A stretch of 64,000 nt of DNA from Raja brachyura. Lineage: Eukaryota. Each line of letters starts with the position of its first letter. Position 1 is the first letter of the stretch. Position numbers and translations under genes: made by a program. The notes beneath the pieces were generated by a model. That model ran no database searches, had not been told where the DNA came from, and saw nothing but the letters and a program-made list of their open reading frames with translations. This document shows, in pieces, positions 13,231 through 25,879 of the stretch. Location: positions 10,416,001-10,480,000 of the forward strand of contig OY740802.1 in the NCBI GenBank assembly GCA_963514005.1. Reading direction: 5' to 3'.

Positions 13231-14942
13231 GTTGGCCGGTGTGGGCAAGTTGGGCCGAAGTGCCCGTTTCCACACTGTATCACTCTATGACTTATGAGGT
13301 CTAGGTGAGGTTTGCTACATGATTTGACCAGGTTGTATGCAAAACATTTCACTGTGCCTAGCTACATGTGTTAATAAGGTTTCATTGAACTGAACCATTG
13401 AATTTTAAATGCAATAATCTAACAATTCTCCAATTAAGCAAAATATATCCGTGGTCTTCAATGTTAGAGGGACAATCAGATATAATACAAATGGGAGAGC
13501 ATGGGTTCAGAGTGGTAAAGGTGAATATAAACATAATACAAATCAGGTGCGATCCTGACTTTGGCTACTGCCATTGTGAAATGTACTAGTTTCCCTTCTA
13601 ACAATATAGGTTTCCTCTGGCTGCTCTGGTTTCCTCACACATCCCAAAGATAGGTTGGTTAGTAAATTAATTAAATAAATATGCCCAATAGATTTATTCC
13701 TTTGCAGGTGCTATAACAAAGTTTAAGAATCATTTGGACATGTATATGGATAGTGTGTAGTGTGTAGATTCTGGTTAACACTGAAGACAGACACAAAATG
13801 CTGGAGTAACTTAGCGGGACAGACAGCATCGCTGGAGAGAAGGAATGGGTGATGTTTCTTCAAAGTGAAGAAGTGTCTCGACCCGAAACATCACCCATTC
13901 CTGCTCGCCATAGGCGTACGGAGAGGCTAAGAGGGATTCGAGCCAAATGGAGGCAAGTGAGACTAGTGGAGATGGAGCATGTTGGTCGGCGTGGGCAAGT
14001 TGGGCTGGTTTCCACGCTGTATGACCGAGGTTAGGGGAAGAACAGAACCAGGGGCCACAGCTTAAGGATAAGGGGTAGGCCATTTAGAACTGAGATGAGG
14101 AAAAACTGATTGATAGTCGGCTAGGCCTCAGTGGGCTGAAGGGCCTGTTTCATGTCCTATCTCTAACATTTGGGCATCACCATGCTTCAGAATCTACAAT
14201 GCGTTTTTAAAAAAAATATTATAACTTCCATTCATGCAAATGTTTTTCAATTTATAATTTCATAAATCTCATTTGCCCAGATACTTGCTTATAGTCACTA
14301 TTGGCTGATCAAACCTCCAGCTTTCCTTAAAAGTTCAAACCCTTAAAGAACATCCCAGAAAAACCAGGACAAATATATCTGCAAAAGAAAAGGGACACAA
14401 AGTGCTGGAGTAACTCAGCGGGTCAGGCAACACCTCTGGAGAACATAGCTGCATGGCATTTCAGGTCAAGTTCCTTCTTGCGACTCCCTGACCTGCTGAG
14501 TTATTCCAGCACATTGTGTCCTTTTGTGCATTAACCAGCATCTGCAGTGCTTGGTTTCCATAATTTTCAGCCACAGCAATCAGGAACATCACATACTCCT
14601 AACCAAGGGCACCTCAATAAAGCATTGCTAAAAAACGGGCCAGGGATTAAGTTGATTGCATTCACGATGGAATCAACTGCTAAAGTTGTCAATTCAAATC
14701 AGTTTCCATTCAGTTAGTTTTTTCCTTAACTTCCCTCGCCTTCAAAATAAATGATAGCAGCCTGAATGCAACACTGCTACCATCTGAATCAAGAGTCTTT
14801 ATCAGTGCGGGTGTCAGGGGTTATGGGGAGAAGGCAGGAGAATGGGGTTAGGAGGGAGAGATAGATCAGCTATGATATTGAATGGCACAGTAGACTTGAT
14901 GGGCCAAATGGCCTAATTCTGCTCCCATCATTTATGACCTTA

Positions 14943-15130
14943 TAACTCGGCAGGACAGGCAGCATCTCTGGAGAGAAGGAATGGGTGACGTTTCAGGACG
15001 AGACCCTTCGTCAGACCAGAAACGTCACCCATTCCTTCTCTCCAGAGATGCTGCCTGTCCCCAGCTGAGTTACTCCAGCTTTTTGTGTCTATCTTCGGTT
15101 TAAATCAGCATCTGCAGTTCCTTCCTACCC
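14943..15130. mobile_element. Penelope-derived fold-back element
   Basis: Inverted arms ggacaggcagcatctctggagagaaggaatgggtgacgtttc / gaaacgtcacccattccttctctccagagatgctgcctgtcc. Confidence 0.75.
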
Positions 15131-17836
15131 TTATGACCTTCTGATCCATTTTGGAGATGAGAGGAAAAATAAAATAACTCATCTGCTTATCGGGGAATGA
15201 AAGGTTGGACCAAGTTGGACAAAATTAAAATTTCCAAACTGCACAAGCTGGATAAGAGAACGAGAAGGAACAAGAACAAAGGGCAAACATTTTTGTTTCA
15301 ATTCTTTGCAAGGATTATAATCAAAGGATCTGCAGTTCTGAGAATTGCATTGCTACTACTTGTAATAAGAAGTCTGCAATTAGTGAGTTTACTGCATTAA
15401 AACCGCCAACTGTAACATGGACTTCTTCGAGTCATTTCCTTTGACAGGTTGAAATTTTTTAATTTTTTTTTTAAGGATTGGTTCATTCGCTACGAACTTC
15501 ACTAATTCAAGGGATGTTGAAACACATTAATAGAACAATAGCCACGATAATAGAACAATAACAAACTCCGTTTTCAGATTATTGTGTCAGATTGCATTGG
15601 AAGCCAACAGGCCAGTTACCTACTTTGATCACGTCCCAACAACCACAGGTCACCAAACATTGGCGAGCTCAGCAGTTCAAACTCAGCATTCTAGATGACC
15701 ATGTTGCAGGTTCAACTGCTACTCAGCTATGTGTAGTCCTTGTACATCATGCACAACTCAGCCTTAATATCGATCTCCATTTATTTTATTCATTCGGGTA
15801 AAATACAAGGCATTTTCATAGTGCTTATGCATTAAAGATATCTTGTATGATTATTCGTATCGCACAGCAATGTGTCGTCCATATTAAGCAAGTTTTAGCT
15901 TGGGTGTATTTATGCTTACAGGTCTATTTAGGTCTACAATGCCTTTAGCATTAACTTGCAGCTCCTTAAAAAAAAAACATGTTTTCATCAATTAAGTTTT
16001 CATGTCAACTGCTCTGGACAGTGAAATACACAGGTTGTGTTTTTGGAAGCAGGGCGTGAGGGGCCGATACTGCGGTGAAACAAAGAAGTTTCAGAGTTAA
16101 TTGTCCAGTTCAGTACGGTGATGACATTGCATCTGATAGAACCACACCGCACAAATATCACCAACCACCAGTAATCCGTATCTCACAAACGTTGAAACCT
16201 TCCACGAAGTCACCTTGGCCTCGAGCCAAGGAACACCATCAATCTATGTGGTGGGGAACTTTGAACAGACCTGCACTGTGTAGCATATCCCACCCAGGGC
16301 TGATTAGGATGCCACTCGGCCGGCTGTTCTATCTGTTCTAACAGTATTCACACACACACACACCAACACTTCCTCCAACACCCCTCCCCACCCCACCCAC
16401 AACGAGAAAGGAGAAAAGCCCCTGTCTTGGATGTTCAACCAAGGTGACAGTCCACATTCCAAGAGGAATTTTTTTGGGAGCTTGCAAAACAATCAGTATT
16501 GCCGGGGCGAGCGCATCAAAACAATATGCATTCAAGTGTCCGCCTCTTCTGAACCCGTGCCATCGCCTTCCATGTAACGAGACTGTCGGTTTAAGTCATT
16601 CACACTGCTGCCATGATTAAAATCCCAACATAATCGCCGCTTCGATAATCTTTCCCCCTTAGAACCATCTCCCTCCACTGAACCAGGGGTTGGGCGAGAG
16701 CTAGCCATCCCTTTCCCCAGTCCCATCTCCCAAATTATCACCGGGTTTTCATAATTCCCCACACCCCACACACACACACACACACACATACAGCCAAAAT
16801 GTTTGCCTTAAAATATTAAAGATAAAAAAATGTTTTAAAGTCCACCAAATGTATTTAGTTAACACGTCCAGGCGTCAGCCAGAGAAGACCAGACACACAC
16901 ACACACACAGATAGAGAGCGATACAATGTAACACCCCGCTGGTTCACTGTTTCACTGTTTCAATCCTCAGTGGTTTCTCCACTGCATTTAACTCTGCAGT
17001 CCCAACTAAAATAAAATATAGGGAGAATTTACAGCGATCAAGCCAGCGGGCGGTCAAGGAAACGCTGCAATCTGGACCCAGATGCAGCAAGTAGAAACGG
17101 TACTGGCTACAACAGTACACATCCCTTTTGCAGCAGCATCTCTCTCTCTCATACACACACAACACTACACACACATATACTTGTCAGCTTTCAAAGTTTG
17201 AAGGGTGCAAACTACGACGTTACACCCACCCATCACACGGCTGGGAACAGAAGAGATGGAGGGGAATGTCTTTAAAACAACTGATTCTCAAAGCACTTTA
17301 ATTGGCAGCTTTAATTACTCAATCGCAAGCACAATTCAGGAGGGGAGAGGCGGAAATATACCAGAGCGATCAATCCTCACATCGGCACGAACAAATAACA
17401 AGGCAGTTAGTTGCAGAAGGCAGGAGGAGCTGGTTCTGCAGATCCACAGCCAGTATGACTGGACTAGAGGGAACTCATCTCCTCCAATTCACATCCTCGC
17501 AAAACACAACCCATCATCATCATCATCAGCAGCAGTAGTAGCAGCTCCAAAGATCAGGCAATGAAAGTTTTATTCAGGCTAATGAGTCGCTGGGGGGGTG
17601 GGGGTTGGTATACACGTCTGCACTGATCACAGTTAATATTGTCACTTGCACCGTGACAAGAATTACACCCTCCTTGCCCTGCAAGGTAAGGAAGGTCTGG
17701 AGCAAAGATCTTGGCTCTAGGATCTTTGTGCTGGAGGTGTTTCCACCCCCCAGTGTTGGGCGCAGCTAGCATTGATGGAGAGGGAGAGGGAGAGAGAGGA
17801 AAAATGCACAGCGTTTGTACATCTCGCTGCTCTTAC

Positions 17837-17951
17837 CTTGAAGAAAACTCTGGCCCGCAGCTACAGTCCGGGAAATTAACACTGCATATACATCTTCGGA
17901 AAATCCAGTCTTGCAAGAGATCATCTCCCTTCCAACACCCGCCGCCGTTGC
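17837..17951 (-). CDS. Type I classical cadherin (CDH2/CDH4-like), exon 2 (prodomain start)
   Basis: 115-nt exon with acceptor tttcttctgcttgatcgtcttAG and donor CAAG|GTAAGA. Translates ATAAGVGREMISCKTGFSEDVYAVLISRTVAAGQSFLQ, resembling N-cadherin [26 protein letters not shown] and R-cadherin [26 protein letters not shown] (recalled sequences). Phase 0/1 as in classical cadherin exon 2. Confidence 0.9.
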
Positions 17952-18258
17952 CTAAGACGATCAAGCAGAAGAAATGTCAATTCAAACTTATTGCTGGTTA
18001 AAACAGCTCTCACCCCAGGGGGACAGTTTTGTTTTTTTCCACCCTCCAGAAATCCCCCCCCCCCTCAAAAAAAAGGGACCATAAAACACGATGTGGGGAA
18101 ATTTAGGGGGGGAAATACAGTGCAAACATTAGCAGGTAGGAACCGAAAAGGCAGCGAGGACAAGGCGTGCTTTTAACGCTAACTGCGGCGTCCAGGCACC
18201 ACCAGCACCACAACCAAATACATTTATCACCAGCTATTAACAAGAATCGGTTTCTCAC
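17952..18258 (-). other. Cadherin intron 1 (307 nt, GT-AG)
   Basis: Canonical GT at 18258-18257 and AG at 17953-17952 on the minus strand. Confidence 0.8.
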
Positions 18259-18312
18259 CCCGTCCAAGCAAATAAGCAGGGCGATCCGGAGAATTGCAGC
18301 GGAGGTTTGCAT
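18259..18312 (-). CDS. Type I classical cadherin (CDH2/CDH4-like), coding exon 1 (signal peptide)
   Basis: ATG at 18312 reads MQTSAAILRIALLICLDG (18 codons, hydrophobic), then donor GGG|GTGAGA, phase 0, in frame with exon 2. Confidence 0.8.
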
Positions 18313-18452
18313 TTCGCCAAGTGCATCTACCCCTGGGCACACACACACACAACACACACACACTGGCAGACAGGCGGAAAAATAAAGTCGGGCAAAGTTT
18401 AAATTAAAATATAAGCCCTCTTTGGTGGTGGGTGTCTCTGCTCTTGATACAG

Positions 18453-18726
18453 CAGAGAGAGAGAGAGAGACTGGGAGCTAAGTCTACGCTCCTGCTCCTT
18501 GCTCCCCGCTCCCCTTCTATCGCTGCACTGGGCTGGTTCTACGCTTGTGTGTGTGTGTGTGTGTGTGTCTCTGTGTCAAATTCTATGCTGCAGGTGCGCG
18601 GCGCTCAACCACCCTCTCTCCTCTCTCCTCCCCTCTCCTCCCCTCTCCAGAACCACCAGCACGTCAGCAACTCCGCCCAGCGATGGGAAACGGGAAATGA
18701 GAGAGGGGTGGAGAGAGGGAATGTGT

Positions 18727-18759
<33 letters not shown>

Positions 18760-18760
18760 G
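18453..18760. repeat. (GA)n and (GT)n microsatellites in cadherin 5' region
   Basis: (GA)n ~18455-18470 and ~18727-18750; (GT)n ~18547-18568. Confidence 0.9.
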
Positions 18761-18900
18761 ATGCAAGTGCAGGGGTTGGTGACAAGGCGAAGGAGAAGAA
18801 GCAGAAAAAGCCCCCCCTCCCCTCTGAATGATTTACATGACAATGCAGAGCGCAGCCACCCACTATACTGTCGTTTTTGTGTGTTTTTTTTATAAATCAC
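18560..18900 (-). promoter_or_regulatory. Putative cadherin proximal promoter / 5'UTR start
   Basis: GC box GGGCGGAG (18678-18671) next to CRE-like TGACGT (18666-18661); TATA-like TTTATAAAA near 18890; GA/CT and CA tracts; no transposons. Confidence 0.5.
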
Positions 18901-19445
18901 TGCATTCTCTCCTGTGCTAGCACAGCAGAAGCGGTCTGTACACACGCAGCCTCTTCGCCAGCGCAACCACTCTTTAATACAGAAGCATCTCCTCAGTACA
19001 TTGCTGCAGCATGCATGTGGGACTTAAAACATATATTCATAATACAATGTGTAGGGAGGAACTGCAGATGCTGTTATAACGATTCTACACGTAAATGTAT
19101 ATATAAACTGTGAATATATTTATATACATCTGCCTGGACCAGGGCGAGTGCAGCAATTTAAATGTAACCACTTTTTTTAGGCACATTTTCAACAATTGCA
19201 TTTTGTGCCCTCATTCAAAAATATACTTGTTCCCAATGATTTTTGGGAGTGGGATGGTCTTGCCCCTTCCGCCTCTCTCTCCACCGATCTGCTCTGCCCT
19301 CTCCATCACATCTTGCTTACACCCCCCATTTGGACCAGACACAAAAATGCCAGGTTATTGATCTGTGAGTCAACGTCACACAAACTCCAGGGTAAAAATA
19401 GAAGGCACTGGATATACACAGCAGGTCAAGCAGTATCTGCATGGA

Positions 19446-19740
19446 GGGGCGGCACGGTGGCGCAGCGGCAGAGTTGCTGCCTTGCAGCGCCAGAGACCCG
19501 GGTTCGATCCCGACTACGGGTGCTGTCTGTATGGAGTTTTACGTTCTCCCCGTGACCGTGTGGGTTTTCTCCTGGTGCTCCGGTTTCCTCCCACACTCCA
19601 AAGATGTCTAGGTTTGTAGGTTAATTGCCTCCTGCAAAGTGTAAGTTGTCTCCAGTGTGTAGGATGGTGCTAGTGCTGGGGTGATCAGCACAGACCCGAT
19701 GGGCCGAAGGGACTGTTTCTACCAAGTGTCTGTAAAGTCT
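19446..19740 (+). mobile_element. HE1-type SINE
   Basis: Full-length copy; first intact SINE upstream of the cadherin promoter. Confidence 0.85.
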
Positions 19741-20291
19741 ACGCAGAGAGGGATGGGGAAAAAGACTTACCTATGTGGGCGGCATGGTGGCGCAGCTGGT
19801 CGAGCTGCTGTCCGACTGTGACATGAAGGCTACAAAATGGCAGCAGAAACAGTTCAGTTTATTGTCACGTGTAACGAGGTACAGTGAGAAGCTTTTGTTG
19901 GGTGCCAACCAGTCAGTGGAAAGACAATGCATGGTTACAATCGCGCCATTTACAGTGTGCAGATGCACAAGGGAATAATATGTTGTGCGATATCAGACCA
20001 GTAAAGTCAGATCACAGATAGTCGGGGCGTGGCAACCCTGTGTTCTGCCCCAGTGCAATCTATTATTCATACGCTGCGGTCTTGCACTTGGGTAGGTTTG
20101 TGGTTATAGTATGATTTCACTGAATTATGTGCAAAACAGGGAATTTCACCGTATCTAGGTCCATGTGACCACAAAGTAGCACTGAACCTGCGCTCAATCC
20201 TGACCTCAGCTGCTGTCTGTGCAGAGTTTCCACGTTCTCCTGGAGACTGTGCGGCTTTCGACCGGGTGCTCCGGTTTCCTCCCACATCCTC

Positions 20292-20733
20292 ACAGAGAAA
20301 GGTTGAACAAGTTAGGTCTTTATTCTTTGGAGCGCAGAAGGTTAAGGGGGGACTTGATTGAGGTCTTTAAAATGATGAAAGGGATAGACAGAGTTGACGT
20401 GGATAAGCTTTTCCCATTGAGGGTAGGGAAGATTCAAACAAGAGGGCATGACATGAGAATTAAGGGACAGAACTTTAGGGGTAACATGAGGGGGAACTTC
20501 TTTACTCAGAGAGTGGTGGCTGTGTGGAATGATCTTCCAGCAGAAGTGGTGGAGGCAGGATCGATTTTAACATTTAAAAGTAAAGTGGATAGGTATATGG
20601 ACGGGAAGGGAATGGAGGGGTATGGTCTGAGTGCAGGTAGATGGGACTAGGGGAAAATAAATGGTCGGCACGGACTGGAAGGGCCAAGAAGGCCTGTTTC
20701 TGTGCTGTAATTGTTATATGGTTGTATGGTTAT
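20292..20733 (+). mobile_element. CR1 (HER1-like) LINE 3' fragment, young subfamily
   Basis: ORF 20219-20650 C-terminal part; nearly identical to the 12717 and 22511 copies; interrupts a SINE. Confidence 0.9.
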
Positions 20734-21289
20734 ATCCTAAAGTTGGGTGGGGTTTGTAGGATATTTGTAGGATTTAAAAAAAAAAAAATCCCTCTAAAGT
20801 TGATGCAGAAGTGGGTGATACAGAACTAGTGTGAATGAGTGATCGATGGTTAGTGTGAACCAAGTGGGCCGAATGGCCCGTTTCAATGCTGAATCTCTAA
20901 AGTAAACATGATTGTTTTTGTAGCCATGCAGCCAACAACTGAACCTCAACACAGCAAAATGGGGGAAAACAGTCCATCGATAGCACAATTTTGTTAGAAG
21001 AGAAAATCCGATTGCTCATTCAAGAGAGTTTTATTGTCCTGAAAAGGAACAAAGATATTCTTACTTGCCGCGACACAGTGGAACGTCGTGCTCAATAGAT
21101 ATCGTCATAAAGAACAAAAAGGTTCAATATATAAAAAACAACAAACTGTATAGTGCAAAGACAAAAACAATGCCCCCTAGATCCCTGGAGCAATTAAGAC
21201 AGTTTGTCTTAATTAAGACAGAGTTTAGTTGGAGTTCATCGTGTTGAAGAGCCTGATGGGTGTTGGAAAGCAGCTGTTCCTGAACATTA

Positions 21290-21880
21290 AGGGTCTGTCC
21301 CGCCAGCATGCAACTCTATGCGATGAACGCGATCAAACTAGAAGCGGGGGCCGCGCGGAGGTCGGGTGATCCCCTGTACAGGGCCGTTCCCACCAGCATG
21401 CGCCTGCATGCGGCAAGCGCAACCAAACCGGCAGTAGGGGCCGCGCGGAGGTCGGGTGAGTGGCGCAACGCGGCGCAAAGTGAGGCGAACTTGGAGCGAA
21501 GTCCAAGGTAAGTTCGCCAGGACAGAGAGGGGCACACAGAGAGGGGCACCGAGGCACACACACACACACAGGGCCACGGAGCCACACACATAGAGGGTCA
21601 CGGAGACACTTACAAATAGGTTCACGGAGGCACGATGTCGGGACGGTGTGTAAATGTCGAGGCGACTGCGAGCCGACAAGCCGTTGCCGCGCGGAATTTT
21701 TGGACATAGTCGGTGTTTCGGAGCCCCGCGCGGTCTCGGGACGAACTCAGGACGAACTCCGCACAATTCCGCACGGCTCCGGCGATCGAAGTGGGACCGG
21801 CCCCGCGACGCCGGACGGCTCAAGCGACCACGTTAGGTCGCGCTAATCGCATAGAGTTGCATGCTGGTGAGACAGGCCCT
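21290..21880. mobile_element. PIF/Harbinger MITE
   Basis: ~35-bp TIR AGGGTCTGTCCCGCCAGCATGCAACTCTATGCGAT / ATCGCATAGAGTTGCATGCTGGTGAGACAGGCCCT; TTA TSD on both sides; splits a LINE fragment. Confidence 0.85.
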
Positions 21881-21969
21881 TTATAGTTTTCAGCTTCCTA
21901 TATCCTCGTCCCGATGGCGGGAGTGTGGCCAGGGTAGTGCGGTTCAATCAATGTTGAAGGCAACGTTTT

Positions 21970-22270
21970 TTCAGTTTGAGATACAGCACGGACACAGGCC
22001 CTTTGGCCCACCAAGTCCGCGCCGCCCAGCGATCCCCGCACATTAACACCACAACATACTAGGGACAATTTACACGTATACAAATCCAAGACAATTAACG
22101 TACAAACCTGCACGTCTTTGGAGTGTGGGAGGAAACCCAAGTTCTTGGAGAAAAGCCACGCGGTCACGGGGAGAAGGTACAAACTCCGTACAGACAGCAC
22201 CCGTAGTCGGGATCGAACCCGCATCTCTTGCACTGCAAGGCAACAACTACTGCTGCGTTACCATGCCACC
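21970..22270 (-). mobile_element. HE1-type SINE
   Basis: Full-length reverse copy. Confidence 0.85.
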
Positions 22271-22510
22271 CCAAAGGATCACCTGAACCATTGCAGTTGC
22301 AAGGTTTCTGATTAGGGAAGTTGTAAAGAGGACATTGGAGCAGATGTGCCCTGTTTATGGATGACCTCAGAGTCACAGTCAGTACGGGTGTCAGGGGTTA
22401 TGGGGAGAAAGCAGGAGAATGTGGTTAAGATTGGGAAAAATAGATCAGCCATGATTGAATTGCAGAGTAGACTTGACGGGCCAACGCAGCATCCAGCAAA
22501 CCTTTTGTAA

Positions 22511-23050
22511 TACTTCCTAATTATAGGAAGGATGTCAACAAAATAGAGAGAGTACAGAGGAGATTTACTAGAATGCTGCCTGGGTTCCAGCAACTAAGTT
22601 ACAGAGAAAGGTTGAACAAGTTAGGTCTTTATTCTTTGGAGCGCAGAAGGTTAAGGGGGGACTTGATTGAGGTCTTTAAAATGATGAAAGGGATAGACAG
22701 AGTTGACGTGGATAAGCTTTTCCCATTGAGGGTGGGAAAGATTCAAACAAGAGGGCATGACATGAGAATTAAGGGACAGAACTTTAGGGGTAACATGAGG
22801 GGGAACTTCTTTACTCAGAGAGTGGTGGCTGTGTGAAATGATCTTCCAGCAGAAGTGGTGGAGGCAGGATCGATTGTAACATTTAAAAGTAAAGTGGATA
22901 GGTATATGGACGGGAAGGGAATGGAGGGGTATGGTCTGAGTGCAGGTAGATGGGACTTGGGGAAAATAAATGGTCAGCACGGACTGGAAGGGCCGAGAAG
23001 GCCTGTTTCCGTGCTGTAATTGTTATATGGTTATTATATGGTTATATGGT
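22511..23050 (+). mobile_element. CR1 (HER1-like) LINE 3' fragment, young subfamily
   Basis: ORF 22573-22836; (TTATATGG)n tail. Confidence 0.9.
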
Positions 23051-24529
23051 TACATGGTTAATACAGCGCGGAAACAGGCCCTTTAGCTCACATCGACCAG
23101 CGATCAACCCGTACACACTAACACTATCCTACACATTATGGACAAGTTACAATCTTTATCAAAGCCAATTAACGTACAAACCTGGACAGTGTGGGAGGAA
23201 ACCAGGGCCCCTAGAGAAAACCCACGCAGTTGCAGGGAGAACTTACAAACTCCGTACAGACAGCACCCGTAGTCAGCATCGAACCTGGGTCTCTGGCGCT
23301 GTCGGCCAACAACTTTACCACTGTGCCAACCCGTGAATGGATGATCTCAAAATCACGTTCTCTCCAGAAGGAGCATCCAGCAAAGCTTCCATCACAGTGG
23401 TTCTTAACCTTTTTGGCATATGTACACGCATTCGCAAACAAAATACTGTATGTGCCTTTGTTAGGTTCCTAAAAATGGGCTCAACAAATGGATATGATAC
23501 TTATGACCCCTTCATTTCCCCCGGTAAAGCCCCAAACGACCCCCAGCTTAAGACCCCCCCCCCCCCCCACCTCCACATGTTTGAAGGGTCTCGACCCAAA
23601 ACGTCACCTATTCCTTCGCTCCAGAGATGCTGCCTCACCCGCTGAGTTTCTCCAGCGTTTTTGTCTACCCAGGTTAAGAACCACTGTTCTATAAGATAGG
23701 AAGAGACACATTAAAAATAAAAATAGGGAACATTAGAGCCATGAGCAGCAATAACTCGCAATCAACTGCTGCAAAGATGAGAACCCTGGGCTGAGCGAAG
23801 ACCAGTTTCACCCTCAGAGCAACACTAACCATGTCAAGATCCGAATGTAATTGTTAAATTTGTATTTGAGATATGTAAGTGAGTAGTGATTAAAAGTTGT
23901 TAAGTACAATTGGGGTTGAGATTAAGCAGATTGGGTTTGTTTAACAAGATATCTGACCAGAAGATAAGGATCTCCAACAAGATACAGAAGGCAACTATTA
24001 AGCCAATCCCAGCAGACCAATCCCATTAACCTGAAGATGGGTCTCGACCCAAAACGTCACTCATTCCTTCTCTCCAGAGATGCTGCCTGTCTGGCAGAGT
24101 TACTCCAACATTTTGTGTCTATCTTTGGTGTAAACCAACATGTGCAGTTCCTTCCAATACATTAATCTCATTGCCTCTCTTATTTCCCAATTCTCCTCCA
24201 ATGTACTGTCTCCCAACATACCCTTGGACTCATAGATCTATACATCACAGTGGCAGTCGCTTTGGCCCACCAGAACTATATTCTGCACTCTGTATCTTCC
24301 CCTTTGCTCTATAAATTGTACTTGAGTTTGACTTGATGGTATTTATAGGTATAGTATATTACCTGATCTATTAAACACTACAACCTCCAAAAAGGCTCCA
24401 AACTCGATAGACTCAGGGACATTACTTGTGACTTTACACTACTATTATCTATTTATGTGTCTGCTTTTTATAGATACTGAACTTTTTTGTTGTTTATTAT
24501 GGCCTTATGAGAGTTATGTTTTTTTTTAA

Positions 24530-24820
24530 TTTTAGAGATACAGCGTGGAAACAGGCCCTTCGGCCCACTGGATCTGCGCCGACCAGCGAACCCCGCACAT
24601 TTGCACTATTCTACACACACTTTTTACATTTTCCAAGCCAATTAACCTACAAACCTGTACGTCTTTGGAGTGTGGGAGGAAACCGAGGATCTCGGAGAAA
24701 ACCCACGCAGGTCACGGGGAGAACGTACAAACTCCGTACAGACAGCGCCCGTGGTCGGGATCGAACCCGGGTCTCCGGTGCTACATTCGCTGTAAGGCAG
24801 CAACTCTACCGCTGCGCCAC
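24530..24820 (-). mobile_element. HE1-type SINE (9-bp head-insertion subfamily)
   Basis: Head carries cagcgaatgtagc instead of cagc. Confidence 0.85.
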
Positions 24821-25879
24821 ATATCTGTTACATTTCTGTTGTGCTGCTGCAAATAAGAATTGTATAGTTCTGATTCGGTACCTATGACAATAACACACTC
24901 TTGACACTCTGGACTCAGTACGCGTGACAATAATAAAACCAAGTTGGCATATTAGACCTGCAAGTTGGCATATTGCCTGCATTTTGCCCATTACCCTCTA
25001 AACCCATGTATCTGTCCATGTTCTTTCACTAAATGGTTCTTTTGTCTATCTATACTGAGAGGAAACTTACAGGAGCCAACTAACCTTCCAGCGCACATTT
25101 GAAAAAGGGTCTTGACCCAAAACGTCACCCATTCCTTCTCTCAATAGACAATAGACAATAGGTGCAGTAGTAGGCCATTTAGCCCTTTGAACCAGCACCG
25201 CCATTCAATGTGATCATGGCTAATCATCCCCAATCAGTACCCCGTTCCTGCCTTCTCCCCATATCCCCCGACTCCGCTATTTTTAAGAGCCCTATCTCTC
25301 TCTCTTTTGAAAGCATCCAGAGAACCTGCCCCCACCGCCCTCTGAGGCAGAGATGCTGCCAGTCCCGCTCTCCAGAGATGCTGCCTGTCCCGCTGAGTTA
25401 CTCCAGCATTTTGTGTTTATCTTCGGTATAAACCAGCATCTGCAGTTCCTTCCTACGCATTTGAATGCTGGGAGTCAGCCAAAGGAAATTCCATCCTGGT
25501 CTCCATCCTATGACAAACATTCCCTTTTTTTTCTCTCCACACTGCCCCCTTTCTCTACAGCTTTAAACATATACGATTTGTAAACTGACCCCGTTCTGAT
25601 GAATGGTCATCAATGGGAAACATCAGATTTGTTTCTGTCTCCACAGCTGCTGCCCGACTTGCTAACTATCCCAACCTTTTCTAGTCTGACTTCAGACTTT
25701 CCGCATCTAACATTTTTTGAACATGAGTTTTAGTTTTAGAGAAACATGAGTTCTAGTTTCACTGTCATACATAACATTATAAGGCCACCGTGCCCATTGA
25801 TGTTATCAACGATGATGATGATTTAAAGCCACTTAAACAGATGGGGTCATGATTCTTCAATGATGTATTGACAATACAG

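Larger units (their letters stand above)
1..17836 (-). other. Cadherin intron 2 (partial, continues beyond window)
   Basis: Strong donor at 17836. No credible cadherin exon 3 seen. A very large intron 2 is typical of type I cadherins. Confidence 0.7.

Noticed and set aside
15400-15502. Minus-strand AG|TG AAG TTC (would give VKF, like the start of cadherin exon 3)
   Set aside because: Poor acceptor; the continuation VANEPILKKK.. lacks the conserved Cys and F.V..DG motif and runs through a poly-A tract.
17205-17564. 119-aa + strand ORF near the promoter
   Set aside because: Antisense within cadherin intron 2, low-complexity triplet repeats, no recognisable homology.
21308-21846. Cluster of overlapping GC-rich ORFs / CpG island
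   Set aside because: Lies entirely within a Harbinger MITE bounded by TIRs and TTA TSD; no transposase motifs.
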